The notes: a model not told the origin generated them from the sequence alone. Numbered from the stretch's first letter, positions 28,630 to 40,517 are shown. The stretch is 64,000 nt of DNA from Bugula neritina (GCA_964035545.1 OZ037769.1:13112633-13176632); one strand, 5' to 3'. Numbers and translations are program-made.

Positions 28630-30230
28630 AACATATCAACTTCAACATATGGAAGAATTTCTAGTCAGTGATAAACTGGTTTGAAAACATCAAGAACAAA
28701 AGCAGTAAGTCATTTAATATTTTTGACTTATGCAATTTCTACCCATCAATAACTGAAGACCTTCTTTACAAAGCCGTTTCCTTTGCGTCACACTGCCAAC
28801 ATACCAACTGAACACCAGGAAATAATTTTACACTCTAAAAAGTCCATTCTTCTCTCCAATAGTGAAAAATGAACAAAAAACATGACAGTAATTTTGATGT
28901 CCCTATGGGAAGCTATGATGGTGCCGAAACATACCAACTAATTGGAATCTACCTACTAAACATATTAACTACTGAAATGAATCTAGAATGTAATTTAGGC
29001 CTATATAGAGATGATGGACTCCTAGTTTGTGAAGGAACACCTAGACATATAGAGCAGAACAAGAAACAAATTGGCAGCCTTTTTAGAAAATTCAATCTCT
29101 CAATTACAATAGAAGCCAATGAGAAAGTTGTAAACATTCTAGATGTAACGTTCAACCTAACTAACCAATCCTACAAACCCTATACAAAACCTGGAAACAC
29201 TATCCTCTATGTACACAAGCGAAGTGACCATCCACCTGCAGTATTGAAAAACCTACCAGAAAATATAAATAAAAGACTTAGCTCACTATCCTCCAATGAG
29301 GAAGAGTTTAACACCACTATACAACCAAACCAAGAAGTACTATCAAACAGTGGATATGACAATAAATTAAAATATAACCTGACACCTAAATCCAATAACG
29401 ATAATAAAAATAGAAACATATTGTGGTACAACCCACCTTTTAGTTCAATAGTAACAACCAAAATAGAGAAAAAATTTCTTCAAATCAACAAATGCTTTCC
29501 ACCATCCAACCAACTAAGCAAAATTTTAATAGGAAAACCATAAAAATTAGTTATTCATGCATGCCCAACATAAAAAATATTATTGATGGCTCGAACTAAC
29601 ACAAATTTAAAACTGCACACATCCCTACTACCACTACTAAACTAAACGGCACACAAGGCAACTGTAAACAACCTTCCCACTGTCCATTAAATCTTAAATA
29701 CTTATACTAAGACTCAATATACCAAGCAACTGTGACAAAACATGACAATAATTCCAGCCAATCATACATAGGACTCTGTTCAACTACCTTCAAAACCAGA
29801 TTCAATAACCATAAAGCCTCTTTGCTAGACGCAGACAAAAGTCAACAACACACAACTCAGCAGATAAATCTGGAATTCAACAGAAAACAACACGAAATTC
29901 AGCCTAAAATGGAACATTTTAAAAATTTGTAAATCATAGTAAAACCTAACCATCAGATGTAACTTATGTAACTATGATAAAAATGTAATTTTAGAAAAAA
30001 ACCAGAGTTATCCTTCCTCAACAAACACAAAGAGGTCTCCAGCACGTACAAACATAAACGCAAATTTTTGCTTACGCATTCAACGGTCACTAGGTAAAAC
30101 ATTCCACCGTAGCAATACACAAACAATGTCAAATTCAAAACAAAAGCACTCAACCGTAAACACAACGACCTGATGATCGTAGCTTGCACTACGTGAAACA
30201 ATATTGTAGTCGATAAAATGAATATATAAG
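28630..30230 (+). mobile_element. Degenerate Penelope-like retroelement (RT + GIY-YIG endonuclease)
   Basis: SVINWFENIK...FDLCNFYPSITEDLL, FDVPMGSYDGAE, GLYRDDGL, ILDVTFNL, ILWYNPPFS, and SIYQATVT...SYIGLCSTTFKTRFNNHK (GIY-YIG); terminal hammerhead ribozyme. Confidence 0.92.
30166..30212 (+). ncRNA. Minimal type I hammerhead ribozyme at the Penelope 3' end
   Basis: cgac-CTGATGA-tcgtag(cttgca)ctacgt-GAAA-caatattg-TA-gtcg: stem I cgac/gtcg, stem II cgtag/ctacg, palindromic stem III acaatattgt, cleavage triplet GUA. Confidence 0.85.
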
Positions 30231-30262
30231 TTTAATATTATATCCGGAATTGTATCAGTACC

Positions 30263-30297
<35 letters not shown>

Positions 30298-30334
30298 TTA
30301 TATTTATATTATTTTATATACTTTAAAATGTAAT

Positions 30335-30805
30335 GTTGCTTTTCGATGGCTAACTTGGCATTCACTCACTCTAGAAAGTACTGAAAAAAAGTTGGACGGC
30401 CGTCTGGCGATGTGAAGACACCACCACCAAAGAGGTGGAAGGATGATGGTGAACCAACCAATGATGTAAGATATGATGGAATTAGTCATTGGCCAGCCAA
30501 AGTGAATCAAAGAGGGCGCTGACGACACCGCAACAGCAAATCCAGCTTCACGTCCACGATCTGCACCAAGTGCAACATACATTTTTGTTTTGTAGAAGGA
30601 TGAAACCACTTTCTAAATTATCATGTAGAGTGAAAGATTTATTGTACTTATTTGTATATGCTTAATGCCCGATGCAGCACCTGCATAAAAACAACATAAA
30701 TGAACAAATCGAAAATAAATCTATTACTTCCATAGGTTTATATTAGATGGTTCTGCACAATTTTTTTTTATAATGACCTTTTGGGCATGGGCCTAACAGG
30801 GTTAA
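30335..30805 (+). mobile_element. piggyBac 3' end remnant (C-terminal Cys-rich domain + terminus)
   Basis: Translates KKVGRPS...DVRYDGISHWP...RGR*RH...CTKCNIHFCF...NHFLNYH; ends ...aacaggg|TTAA at 30801-30805. Confidence 0.8.
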
Positions 30806-31064
30806 AACCACAACAGTTGGAAACATTGTTGTTTGACGTTTTCAAGTTAATTACCCAGAATCTATATTGCAACATTGGCAAACTTCAATTGAGCATCAAT
30901 TATGTAATTATGAGAAATGTTACATTAAAATCACAGCAGCTGGAAACATTGCTGTTTGACACTTTCAAGTTTATAGAGTAGCAGTGAATTACACAAAAGC
31001 TATATTGAAACATTGCATAATTTTTATTAAACATCCATTATATAATTTGGTGTATTTGTTTTAG

Positions 31065-31998
31065 CCCTAGTAGCAACATGAGCAACTTGCCAATCAATAC
31101 TCAAGCACCAGCTACACATATTTCAACTGAAGAGTTGGACAGATCTAAAACAGTAAACTTTGAGATGATAGATGACCTCCTTCCATCTCCATTATACTAA
31201 AGCCTGCTAACAGAAATGGGAGGCAAGTGGGTCAGCATCCACAAATGTGGAATCACCAGTAGCAACATCAAACGGGAGGTAAAAAAGTGGAAACTGGCCT
31301 CAGCAGATCTAATCGACCAGGCAATCTCTGAGGTTGATACTGAACTCATGAATTCCTCTAACAGCTTCATGTACTTTGACTGAAGAGCTGGAGTTATCTA
31401 GAACAGTAAATATTGAGATAGATGATGTCGTTCCACCTGCATTATGCTCAGGCTTGATAGAAACAGAGACCATCATCAGAGGCAAGTGGGTCAACATCCA
31501 CAAATGTAGCTACAAGAGGAAGGCCCAAAAAGCGGAAACTGGCCTTAGCAGATCCAATCGACCAGGCCATCTCTGAGATTGATACTGAACTCATAAATTT
31601 CTCTAGCACCAGCTTCAACTACTTTGACTGAAGAGCTGGAGTTATCTAGAACAGTAAATATTGAGATAGATGACTTCGTTCCACCTGCTTTATGCTCAGG
31701 CTTGATAGAAACAGAGAGGCCATTATCAGAGGTAAGTGGGTCAACATCCACAAATGTAGCTACATCAAGAGGAAGGTCCAAAAAGCAGAAACTGACCTCA
31801 GCAGATTCCGTTGCCCAGGCCTTTTCTGAGGTTGATGCCGAGCTTAGCAGTTCTTCCAACAATGACGAGGCATAACATTACGGTATGGCAGCTAAGCTTC
31901 GTCGTTTGAAGCTATGTGAAATGGCAGTAGCGAAAAGAGACATTGAGCTAGCTCTATTTAATGCAGAATACAGTATTCAGGATGGTCTTGCAGATTAA
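31065..31998 (+). pseudogene. Degenerate exon with three ~248-bp tandem units ending in a BESS-like motif; possibly a Harbinger accessory (MADF/BESS-type) gene remnant
   Basis: Units begin (t)gactgaagag at ~31125, 31376 and 31624; tail reads DEA*HYGMAAKLRRLKLCEMAVAKRDIELALFNAE; Harbinger-like terminus cgtctggagctgggg at ~32552-32566. Confidence 0.45.
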
Positions 31999-33778
31999 CA
32001 GACTCAACTAGTGAAGTAGTGAGCCTATGTTTCATATAGTTAGAATGCTTTAACCTCAATTTATTATGATACAATTTACATGTATATACTTTTATAATTT
32101 TGTAAGCTTTATTCTAACAAGGATGCTACGAAGAGGGATTGGGCCGACCTGGCAGCTCTTGTAAAAAGATAGGCTGAACAGCTTCAGACTATTCACAAAA
32201 CTAACAGAACCTACTTTGCAAAGGTTATTTGATTTAAATTTATACTCACTGCATTTGGAATGAGAACATTGAAACGATCTGAAATCTATGGAAATTAATT
32301 AATTTGAGCAGGAAAAGGAAATTAGGAAGGAGTCAAGAATAGAAAGAATTTTTTCTAAAAGGATAGGGAAAACTACGTGAGCTGGAGATATCAAATCACG
32401 ACGATGCAGATGATGATGTGTTGGATATACTTATGGCAAACTATATGTATTATGATCAATTCACGTCTGTAGCTCCCTCATGCGTTTTTTTATATGTTAA
32501 TATTTATACACTATGATTTTTGAACAGGGCGCCATAAGGCGCTTTAATCAGCCGTCTGGAGCTGGGGAGAGGAGCAAAACAAAAAAGTATCCCCATACTA
32601 TGAACAGATGCTCTTCATTTTGTCCACACTGAACGCTAGGAGCTTTCACGCCAACCTAATTGCTAAAGTAAGCAACAGTAGTGATTGTGTTAGTACGCAA
32701 ATTGATGTAACCATACACTATTTTTCAATTTATTTCACATAATCTGATTCTAAGATAAAAATCAGAATGCAGATTGCGAGGTTGGACATAGTCAAGGAGA
32801 ATCATCACAACCATCACGTGGTAGACAACGGAGACAGGGATGCGCCGAGTTACGGCTGTACTGTCAACGTTGGAACTCCCTGCGGATCGGGCCAGATGGT
32901 CTGCTGACCATGACTTTGGCCGCCAACAGCAGACAACCAGCGAGGGAGAGGATCGTCTGCCCAGCTGCCATCCGCCGGGAGTTAATACGGGACACCCACC
33001 AGCAAACTCACGCAGGAGTCCACGGGGTGGTCACCAAGCTACAACTCCGGTGGTACTGGCCCAACATGGAGCGGGACATCCGGCGCAGAGTGAGGCAGTG
33101 CGAAATCTGCCAGACCAACAAGCATAGCCGTCTCCCTGGTGAAGCGGGGCGGCAGACGCATTGTGCGAGAAGGTCTTGGCAAGCGGAGACTGTCGTTCTG
33201 GCCGGAAACACCCCCATGACTCCTCAGGAGGACTTGGCGAGGCAGGAAAGGCCACTTCCGTCCTTGGAAGTGCGCCCACCGCCCCCAACGTCAAGCCTGC
33301 CACCACCACTTCCGGAACCGGAAACGGGTCCGGAAGTACAAAAACCCCCCGTGGGAGGGGCTCCGTACGGAGATACCAACGTAGGAACAACCGTCACAAA
33401 CACGCTGGAAAAACCACCCGTGAGACATAACAATCCACGGGTGAGCACACCGCCTCCCACAGTGACGACGCCTCCAGGACCACACACTAGGCAACCCCCA
33501 GCGTGCCTCGGAGACTTCGTACGTGACCGCGTTACAAGCGGCAGTTATGAAAGTCTAGCGAGGTCTCGTATGGGAAAACAGGCAAAGAGACGTGGGAATT
33601 GTGAACACCACGAAAATCTCAACTTTTGCCTCGGCGGAATCACAAACGAGATTCATCCGCTGGAAGTAAAAAGCCCTAGTCACGCTTCACAACCACGCTG
33701 CCCGGTCTTTTTTTACGTTGATGCAGTCAAGAGTAGACGTGGCACTAAACATTAATCATTTACAGCTCTCATTCCAAA

Positions 33779-34826
33779 ATGTCTTACTATTCTGGATCGA
33801 AGGGTGAGTTAATTATGTTTTTGGTACAGGAACTAGACTACATCAGTCAGCTCTAGCTACACCAGATAGCGAGCTGGAGATTAGATAACGAAACAGAGTG
33901 TTGGGAACACAAGTCGACTTTGATTTTAAATAATCTGCCATAGCGAGTGTGTTCTCGATCAACTATTCATTAGCCTGAATCTCACGAGTGTAACTGAACA
34001 GAGTACCTGTCAGGCTGTACACGCCGGCGGTACCTCAGTGTATAATCTTTAACACTGCTACTCTTTCAGATCACACTCGAGTGACTACCTCCCAGTCACG
34101 GGACCAGCCAACCCCTCTACCCATGAAGGAAGAACCAGTGATGGAGAATGGCTTACCCGTGGTGCTTCGTCGACGACACCGCTGGGTGTCACCCACGACG
34201 GAAAGGAGGATTGAGGAAGCCTGGGGACCAAGCGGACCTGCCAGGTCTGTTTCGAGGAGTGCCCGTCACACCGCTCCTTGTGTGTGCATGTAGACGCACA
34301 CTTTCTACTACATTTCTGCCCATGCGGGTTCCACGATGTATACCCGTATCCTGTGATCGTCCATAAATTGAGCTGCTTTGCCGGAGAGGGCCATATCGTA
34401 GATGAGGACAGTTTCCCCCAGTACCTAGACACCATCAAGCCGGTCATCAAGAAGGCTATAACCCTGGCCGCACTAGCATCAGGGTTCCAAGTACTACTGT
34501 TATCCGCCCGCCATAAGTCTCCTATGGTTCAGGCCCTGTCCACTACCCCCGTCAAGCCTAGCAATACCCCCGAATCAGAAGGAACGACGATACCCCCAAT
34601 ATCAGAGACTGCTACAACCCCACCAGGACCTAGCCGATTGGCTAGTGTAGAAGAGCGGCTTGTAAAACTACAAGCCGAGTTTACGCAACTTGCCCCTGAC
34701 CTGCTGGATACGACGACAGGCCTATACCAGCTGAAGGACTCAGTGGGGCGACTGAAGCGGAGGCTACGTGCCCGACAGGCTCGACACAGATCACGCTCAC
34801 TACAAGAGTCAGAGCCCACCCAATGA
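33779..34826 (+). pseudogene. Spliced accessory gene of the Gypsy element: C2H2 zinc finger + coiled coil (one frameshift)
   Basis: Exon 33779-33803 (ATG...AAG G|gtgagt) splices in frame to ctctttcag|34070; one-base frameshift near 34218; then CQVC-x12-HVDAH (34239-34301) and heptad-like LASVEERLVKLQAEF...LKDSVGRLKRRL. Confidence 0.65.
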
Positions 34827-35121
34827 GTATGCCTGGGATAGGCACCTTCTCGGTGGAATGTATCCTCGTCTGTGAAGTGACGAGCTCCCCGACATTGGCC
34901 CGCATGCTGGTAAGCACCCTCTCTCTCTATAGCTGACTAGCTGTGTGTGTTCGACCACCCGGTTTACTTCTATATATAAATGCTTGTGTACTCAACTATT
35001 TCTCTTCTTCCTTTTTGTGGGTTTAATTATGTATTCTTTTTTTGGATTATTGTATTGTTTTTCTTTGTATGTGTTTTTTTTGTGTTATCAGAAAGTAGGG
35101 CTTTCTGCTGGGGGGGGGCGG

Positions 35122-35471
35122 TGTAGTGAGTCATGCAATGTACTAATATGAGAATCGTCCTCTCTCCGTTCTGGGAATACTAAGGCCCCTATGTAATAAC
35201 CAATCAGCAGCACCGGAAGATGTGCCTCTGACTCATGTGACAGTTCCCGGACAATTGACAGTGATCACGTTGTTGTAAGCGAAGGCTTGAAGTAGAAACA
35301 TGTGTTAGTATTGACTGAGGTTATAGTGTAATTTGATGTAATGTTTGTTTTGTATTGTATTGTGGATAATAAACGTAATTACTCGACAGCTACCCTAGTA
35401 ATTGCTAGTAGAATAGCCAACTAAATACGCAAGTAGAAAACTCAAGCACAGTAATTGCACGAATTACTACA
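35122..35471 (+). repeat. 3' LTR (350 bp)
   Basis: TGTAGT...ACTACA terminal inverted repeat, preceded by the PPT; AATAAA at ~35368. Confidence 0.9.
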
Positions 35472-35526
35472 ATATTTCACTTCAAAGTTTTATATGTATT
35501 CAGAAAAAAAATTGAAGTGTTAGTAT

Positions 35527-38500
35527 TAGTCTGGTGGCAACTGAGGTTTATCTTTCAAGTTCGTAAAAAATTTCATGTAGGTACTTTCTGAAACACTTTT
35601 TTGGTCAATTGAAATATGCTGAACATGAAAAAGATACTGTACCTTAACCTAGTTGTGGCTTTCACCCTTAATTTTTAGAATTAAAAGCCGAAATTCTTAA
35701 AGCAAAGTATTAGGAGTTATGCTCTCAATTTAAAAACATAGTCGAGGTTCTGATCCTTAGAAGAGAATATAAGCGGGACGCTAACATAGACCCCTTTAAT
35801 TTATTTTGATTACTTAGGCTAAATACAACTGTTCAAATATTCATCCATATTTTTCACTTCCTGTTTGTAAGCATGAACAGATTTTAGCTGATCATGGAAT
35901 GTGCTATTCATTACAAACAAATTGCAAATGAAACACTGCTGATATTGGAAGGAGAAAAGTTAGAAAAAACAAAAGCAATTGCCAACTCTTGGCTACCAAC
36001 TCTAAAACAGCCTGAGTGTGCTATTGCCAACAAGTTTTTGTCTGATGAACTAGGTCTAGATCCCTTTCAGCTGTACACACACGGAACTGGTCTCCTTAAG
36101 TTCTGGGATTGTAGCTGATAGCGAGTTTGCAGAACGGATGTTGGCAGCGCATCAGATAGGTTAAACAAAACTGCAAGAGTTTCTAGACAGACGTGTTTGC
36201 AAACAGGAAGAGGACTTTTTTGCCACCATCAAAAAAGCTAAATTGCAAACTTTTAATTCTTGCAAATCTAAAACTAGAAGTAAAAGTTCCACAACCAGCA
36301 ATATTACATCTCTGAAGTCAGACCGGTCTCTTTTCATCAAACTTGTTCTTGTAGCAAAAGAGCGTGACATCAACTTAAAAGAGATACTCCGCTATTCTCT
36401 TTCAGAAGTTCCGGGAAGTCTATCTAATGCAAATGGCACCGGACTCTGCAAGACTGTTAAATCGGTTTTGCTAAAATATCTCGAAGAAACGACTCCATCT
36501 TGCATAGCTAGTTGTAAACCATCATCTTCTGCCATTATGATAGACTTCATGGCACTAGTTCAAAGCTTTCCATTATCAAAACTACCATCCACATATGGTG
36601 AGCTTGCACTGGCTCTTCTAAACCGCATTTTGCAGATAGCCTCACAGTTCAGAGCTACCCGCGTAGATATAGTTGGGGATTGCTATCACAGAATAAGTAT
36701 TAAAGAAGGTGAGAGAACTAGACGGTGTCAGTCTGTGCAGGAAGTCAAGATCTATGGCAGTGATCAGCGTAGGCCATCTCAGTGGAAGAAGTTTTTAACA
36801 TCTGGAAAAAACAAGCAAGCTCTACAATGTTTTATCGCCGACCATCTTAAACTTGTAACTCATTCTACATCAGTCGCTCTCTATGTTGCGTTAACAACAG
36901 ATGTATTTAAGCTGTTGTTCAATCCCGATCAACTGCCACAGACTACCGATTGCCCAGAGATGCGGAGTGATCATGAGGAAGCAGATACAAGGTTGGTCTT
37001 ACATGCAAAAATAGCTAGTCAACATCATGAAAATGTAATAATATGGTCTCCAGACACTGATGTAGCTGTTATTGGCATTTCACATTGTAGTTCCATTCCA
37101 GCACAGGTTTTTTTTGCTACTGGTTCAGGGAAAAATCAAAGACTTGTGTGCCTCTCTGAAATTGCTGATCAGTTAGGAGATGAGAAGTCTAGAAATTTAC
37201 CGGCCCTACACGCATTCAGTGGGTGCGACACTACTTCCAGCTTTTATGAAAAGGGCAAAAAGTCAATTGCCATCACAGCACTGAGCGACCAGAATCATCT
37301 CAAAGCCTTATCAGGTTTCGGGCAACACTTTCAGTTGTCAGTTGTGCCAGAAGGCATTGAAAACCTAGTTTGCAAGATCTACAACAGTGCAGTAAGCTCG
37401 GTCAATGATGCTAGATACAAAATTTTTAGAACTGGTAGTGCGACAGACAGATCCTTGCCACCTAATTATGATGCACTCACTCTGCATTGTAAACGGGCAA
37501 ACTACCAGACTAAAGTGTGGCGCTCTGCTCTCATGCCCATCATGAACTGTCCAAGTCCTGATAATCAAGGATGGAAGATTGTGGATGAACAACTTGAGAT
37601 AGCATGGCTGAGTGAGCCTCATGCACCCAGTGACATCTTAAAAACAAGGAAATGTTCTTGCAAAAAGACCAACTGTAAAGGTGGAAAATGTTTGTGTGTA
37701 CAAGATAAATTGCGATGTACAGCACTGTGCAGTTGCCTTAATTGTGAGAACAAAATGGTTGAAAATCTTTCTTCTGATGAAGATTTGGATGATGATGACA
37801 ATCCAGATGAGTGTTTTTCAGCATGATTGTATTCCATGGAATTTATAAAGCATTTGACTTTTAAGGTTACAATTTTGTTCATGAATATTTCAGTAGTTTT
37901 AAGTGTCATTAACCTCATCTTTGCAGAATGCTACACCTAGCATGAAGTCATATTGATAGACTAAGTTCCTAACTTATTGGAAACTAGTGCATGGCTGCAA
38001 GTTAGCTGTCAATCTGTTTTAAATTTGAGTAATTTAGTCACTATTATATTTCTTGTATTTCATGCATCTAATCCGCTAACTACTCAGGAGGCACATTTTG
38101 TAGCCTTAGCTCATTTACCAAATTACTTCCTGTTGCCTTCATTTATATAGTTTAATCTTTTTAAATACATAGCTTATTACAATAAATACATATTATGTCT
38201 AATATTGTTACCAGCTCTATATCACTTCTTACTGGATAGTCGAACATATTGCATTATACTAGCATATTAAGCCTAAGTTCTCTATACTTGGAAAGTAGTT
38301 GGGGTAAAAGGATGAATACCCATCTTTGGGATAAATCGGTGACTAAATTGAGCTTCGTCTCACGTAATATAGATACCTTTTAGTGGTATTTGTACTGGTT
38401 GTATGAACAGTATAATAGAGCTTACGAAATGGGGAAAGTTAGATGGAAGTTATAGCCTGAGCTCAAATTGCTTTTTAACCCCCGAAAGTCACTGGTACGT

Positions 38501-38630
38501 TAAGGTAGACCCCCGCCATGCTTTTCAGCACAAAATTTTACCCCAGATAAGTGTGTTTCCAGGTATCTACATCATTTTTTTTACGAAACTTAAAAACTAA
38601 GCACCTTTTGAGGCACTTGCCACCGGACTA
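35527..38630 (+). mobile_element. Academ (AcademX-type) DNA transposon, internally deleted
   Basis: TIRs tagtctggtggcaa / ttgccaccggacta with perfect 3-bp TSD tat (35524-35526, 38631-38633); encodes an XPG-like nuclease + Cys-rich ORF. Confidence 0.85.
36243..37826 (+). CDS. AcademX protein C-terminal part: XPG/FEN-like nuclease domain and Cys-rich (CXC) finger
   Basis: 527-aa open frame with HEEADTRLVLHA, SPDTDV, LHAFSGCDTTSSF..KGK and CSCKK.NC...CLC....LRCTALCSC.NCEN; lacks a clear start and the upstream DDE transposase portion. Confidence 0.75.
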   Translation: MQTFNSCKSKTRSKSSTTSNITSLKSDRSLFIKLVLVAKERDINLKEILRYSLSEVPGSLSNANGTGLCKTVKSVLLKYLEETTPSCIASCKPSSSAIMIDFMALVQSFPLSKLPSTYGELALALLNRILQIASQFRATRVDIVGDCYHRISIKEGERTRRCQSVQEVKIYGSDQRRPSQWKKFLTSGKNKQALQCFIADHLKLVTHSTSVALYVALTTDVFKLLFNPDQLPQTTDCPEMRSDHEEADTRLVLHAKIASQHHENVIIWSPDTDVAVIGISHCSSIPAQVFFATGSGKNQRLVCLSEIADQLGDEKSRNLPALHAFSGCDTTSSFYEKGKKSIAITALSDQNHLKALSGFGQHFQLSVVPEGIENLVCKIYNSAVSSVNDARYKIFRTGSATDRSLPPNYDALTLHCKRANYQTKVWRSALMPIMNCPSPDNQGWKIVDEQLEIAWLSEPHAPSDILKTRKCSCKKTNCKGGKCLCVQDKLRCTALCSCLNCENKMVENLSSDEDLDDDDNPDECFSA

Positions 38631-38659
38631 TATGTTAAATATGAAAAACATGTGGATAC

Positions 38660-39761
38660 CAGGGTTGGGGTCAATTACATGTAAATGTAATTAATTACAA
38701 TTACAATTACATGAAGATTTGTCAATTACAATTACAATTATAATTACAGTTGAAAATAAATGTAATCAATTACAATTACAATTACTTTTGTTCTCGCAAG
38801 GAATAAATAGAAGTTACTTCTAGGGTCCAACTACCAGCGGCAATGGTGAACCTCTTTTGTTTTCTACAGTGATACTATTATGTCATTCCATACCAAATCA
38901 ACCAACTTTCAAGGAGTCCCACATCTTTGTGTCTCAGATTTTGCTCATATTTACACTAAATGGACCTACACATGTTCAGATTACCATTCGTGAATATTTC
39001 TGGCCTGACACAAAAACATTTTGAGAAATTACTACTTTGGTGAACAAAGGTTGGAAAATTTGTGATTTATACTTTTAGACCAATTTATATGTAATTTAAA
39101 ATTTGATTAGGCGAGTATTTGAAATTTTTCAAAATTTACAAAGATTTGTTCATATTCAATGATTTTGCATATATGCACACAAAGTATTCTGTAGTATGTG
39201 TTGCTACTAGTGCAAATTGTTGGGTATTATCAAATCACAGCAAATTTTAAGCCTCAGTCCGGAAAATTGATTGAGATATAGACGTTTATAGATTAGTCTA
39301 AAAATAGAAATCACAAATTTTCCTCAAAATGTTTCTCAACTTTTGTCCACAAAAGTAGTCAGTTCTCAAAAAAAATTTGTGTCAGGTCAGAAATACTGAA
39401 GAAGAGTACTTGAGGCATGTGTAGGTCTATTTGGTGTAAACATTAACAAAATCTGAGACGCAAATAGACGCGGGCAATTCGGTGAGCTGGCATGGAATGA
39501 CCCTACTATATTGACCTAACTATCTGAACTTGTTATCTAACAGTAGGCATTGTAGAAAAAGGAGTTTTTTAAGATTTAAAAGTTTGAAGTAATTGACATG
39601 TAATTATAAAGTAATTGTAAAAATCAATTACATTAGATATGTAATTAATTACAATTACAATTACATTTTTAAACCTCAATTACAAATTACATTCAATTAC
39701 TTGAAAAAATGTAATTAATTACAGCTAATTACAATTACAAATTACAATTACCCCAACCCTG
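38660..39761. mobile_element. hAT-type MITE with (aattac)n subterminal repeats
   Basis: TIRs cagggttgggg / ccccaaccctg; perfect 8-bp TSD gtggatac (38652-38659, 39762-39769). Confidence 0.93.
38880..39503. mobile_element. MITE nested within the hAT MITE
   Basis: Long imperfect TIRs: gtcattccataccaaatcaacc...tctcagattttg...ggacctacac / gtgtaggtct...caaaatctgaga...ggtgagctggcatggaatgaccc. Confidence 0.75.
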
Positions 39762-39920
39762 GTGGATACTCCATTGACTCGTGTAAGGAATTTCTGAAGT
39801 CTAGATTAATAATAATAATAATGATAATGATGTTCCTAACCGTAACGTTATACTTATATTTATTAAAAATAAATGTAACGTTACGGTTATGATGATTATT
39901 TAATTCATTATGATAATTAA

Positions 39921-40104
39921 AACAAACTAAAAAGTTGAGGCCAAAATTAAAATAAAATAAAAATCATAATCATAATGATTATCTTTTTATCATTATGATT
40001 ATCATAATGATAATGATATTGATAATCATTATAATGATAATCATAATCATTATCATTATGATTTTTATTTTATTTCAATTTTGGCTTCAACTTTTTAGTT
40101 TGTT
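39921..40104. repeat. Near-perfect ~184-bp palindrome upstream of WDR35
   Basis: Arms aacaaactaaaaagttgaggccaaaattaaaataaaataaaaatcataat / attatgatttttattttatttcaattttggcttcaactttttagtttgtt around an (atcata/atgata)n core. Confidence 0.9.
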
Positions 40105-40517
40105 GCAGTTTCGAGCAGGAAGCACGCCATTATATTACCAGCAGCGGCATATTCCTGCTTAAATTTAACTTACTTAAGTTCATATCATTCCCATAGTGAT
40201 AGTCAACTTCCACATACTTAGAAAACCACGTGGACTTGAATTGACGATTTCTCAGCTCTCGTGCTGTGCAGATTGGTTTGGCGCCATATGATGCTTTATT
40301 CAATCATTTTATATCGTAATTTCTCATAATCTATCGCATATTTGTTTATCGGTCGAGAAGAAAATACTCCAATCACCAATGACTTGGTGATCGCTATTGT
40401 GGATAGTAATGGTCATATCGATATTGATGATATTCATATTGGTAGTATCAGATTTAATTTGACCATAAAACAATACAATAAATGCTTGTAAGATAATTCA
40501 AGTCATATGAACAAACA

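Larger units (their letters stand above)
32765..35471 (+). mobile_element. Gypsy/Ty3 LTR retrotransposon, 5'-truncated, integrase catalytic core absent
   Basis: Integrase zinc-binding HHCC (THQQTHAG...WYWPNMERDIRRRVRQCEICQ) in ORF 32910-33755; C-terminal TRQPPACLGDFV; polypurine tract at 35110-35121 directly before the 3' LTR. 5' boundary approximate. Confidence 0.88.

Noticed and set aside
40100-40517. RFX X-box expected for a ciliary gene
   Set aside because: No convincing GTTGCC-N-GGCAAC-type match seen by eye.
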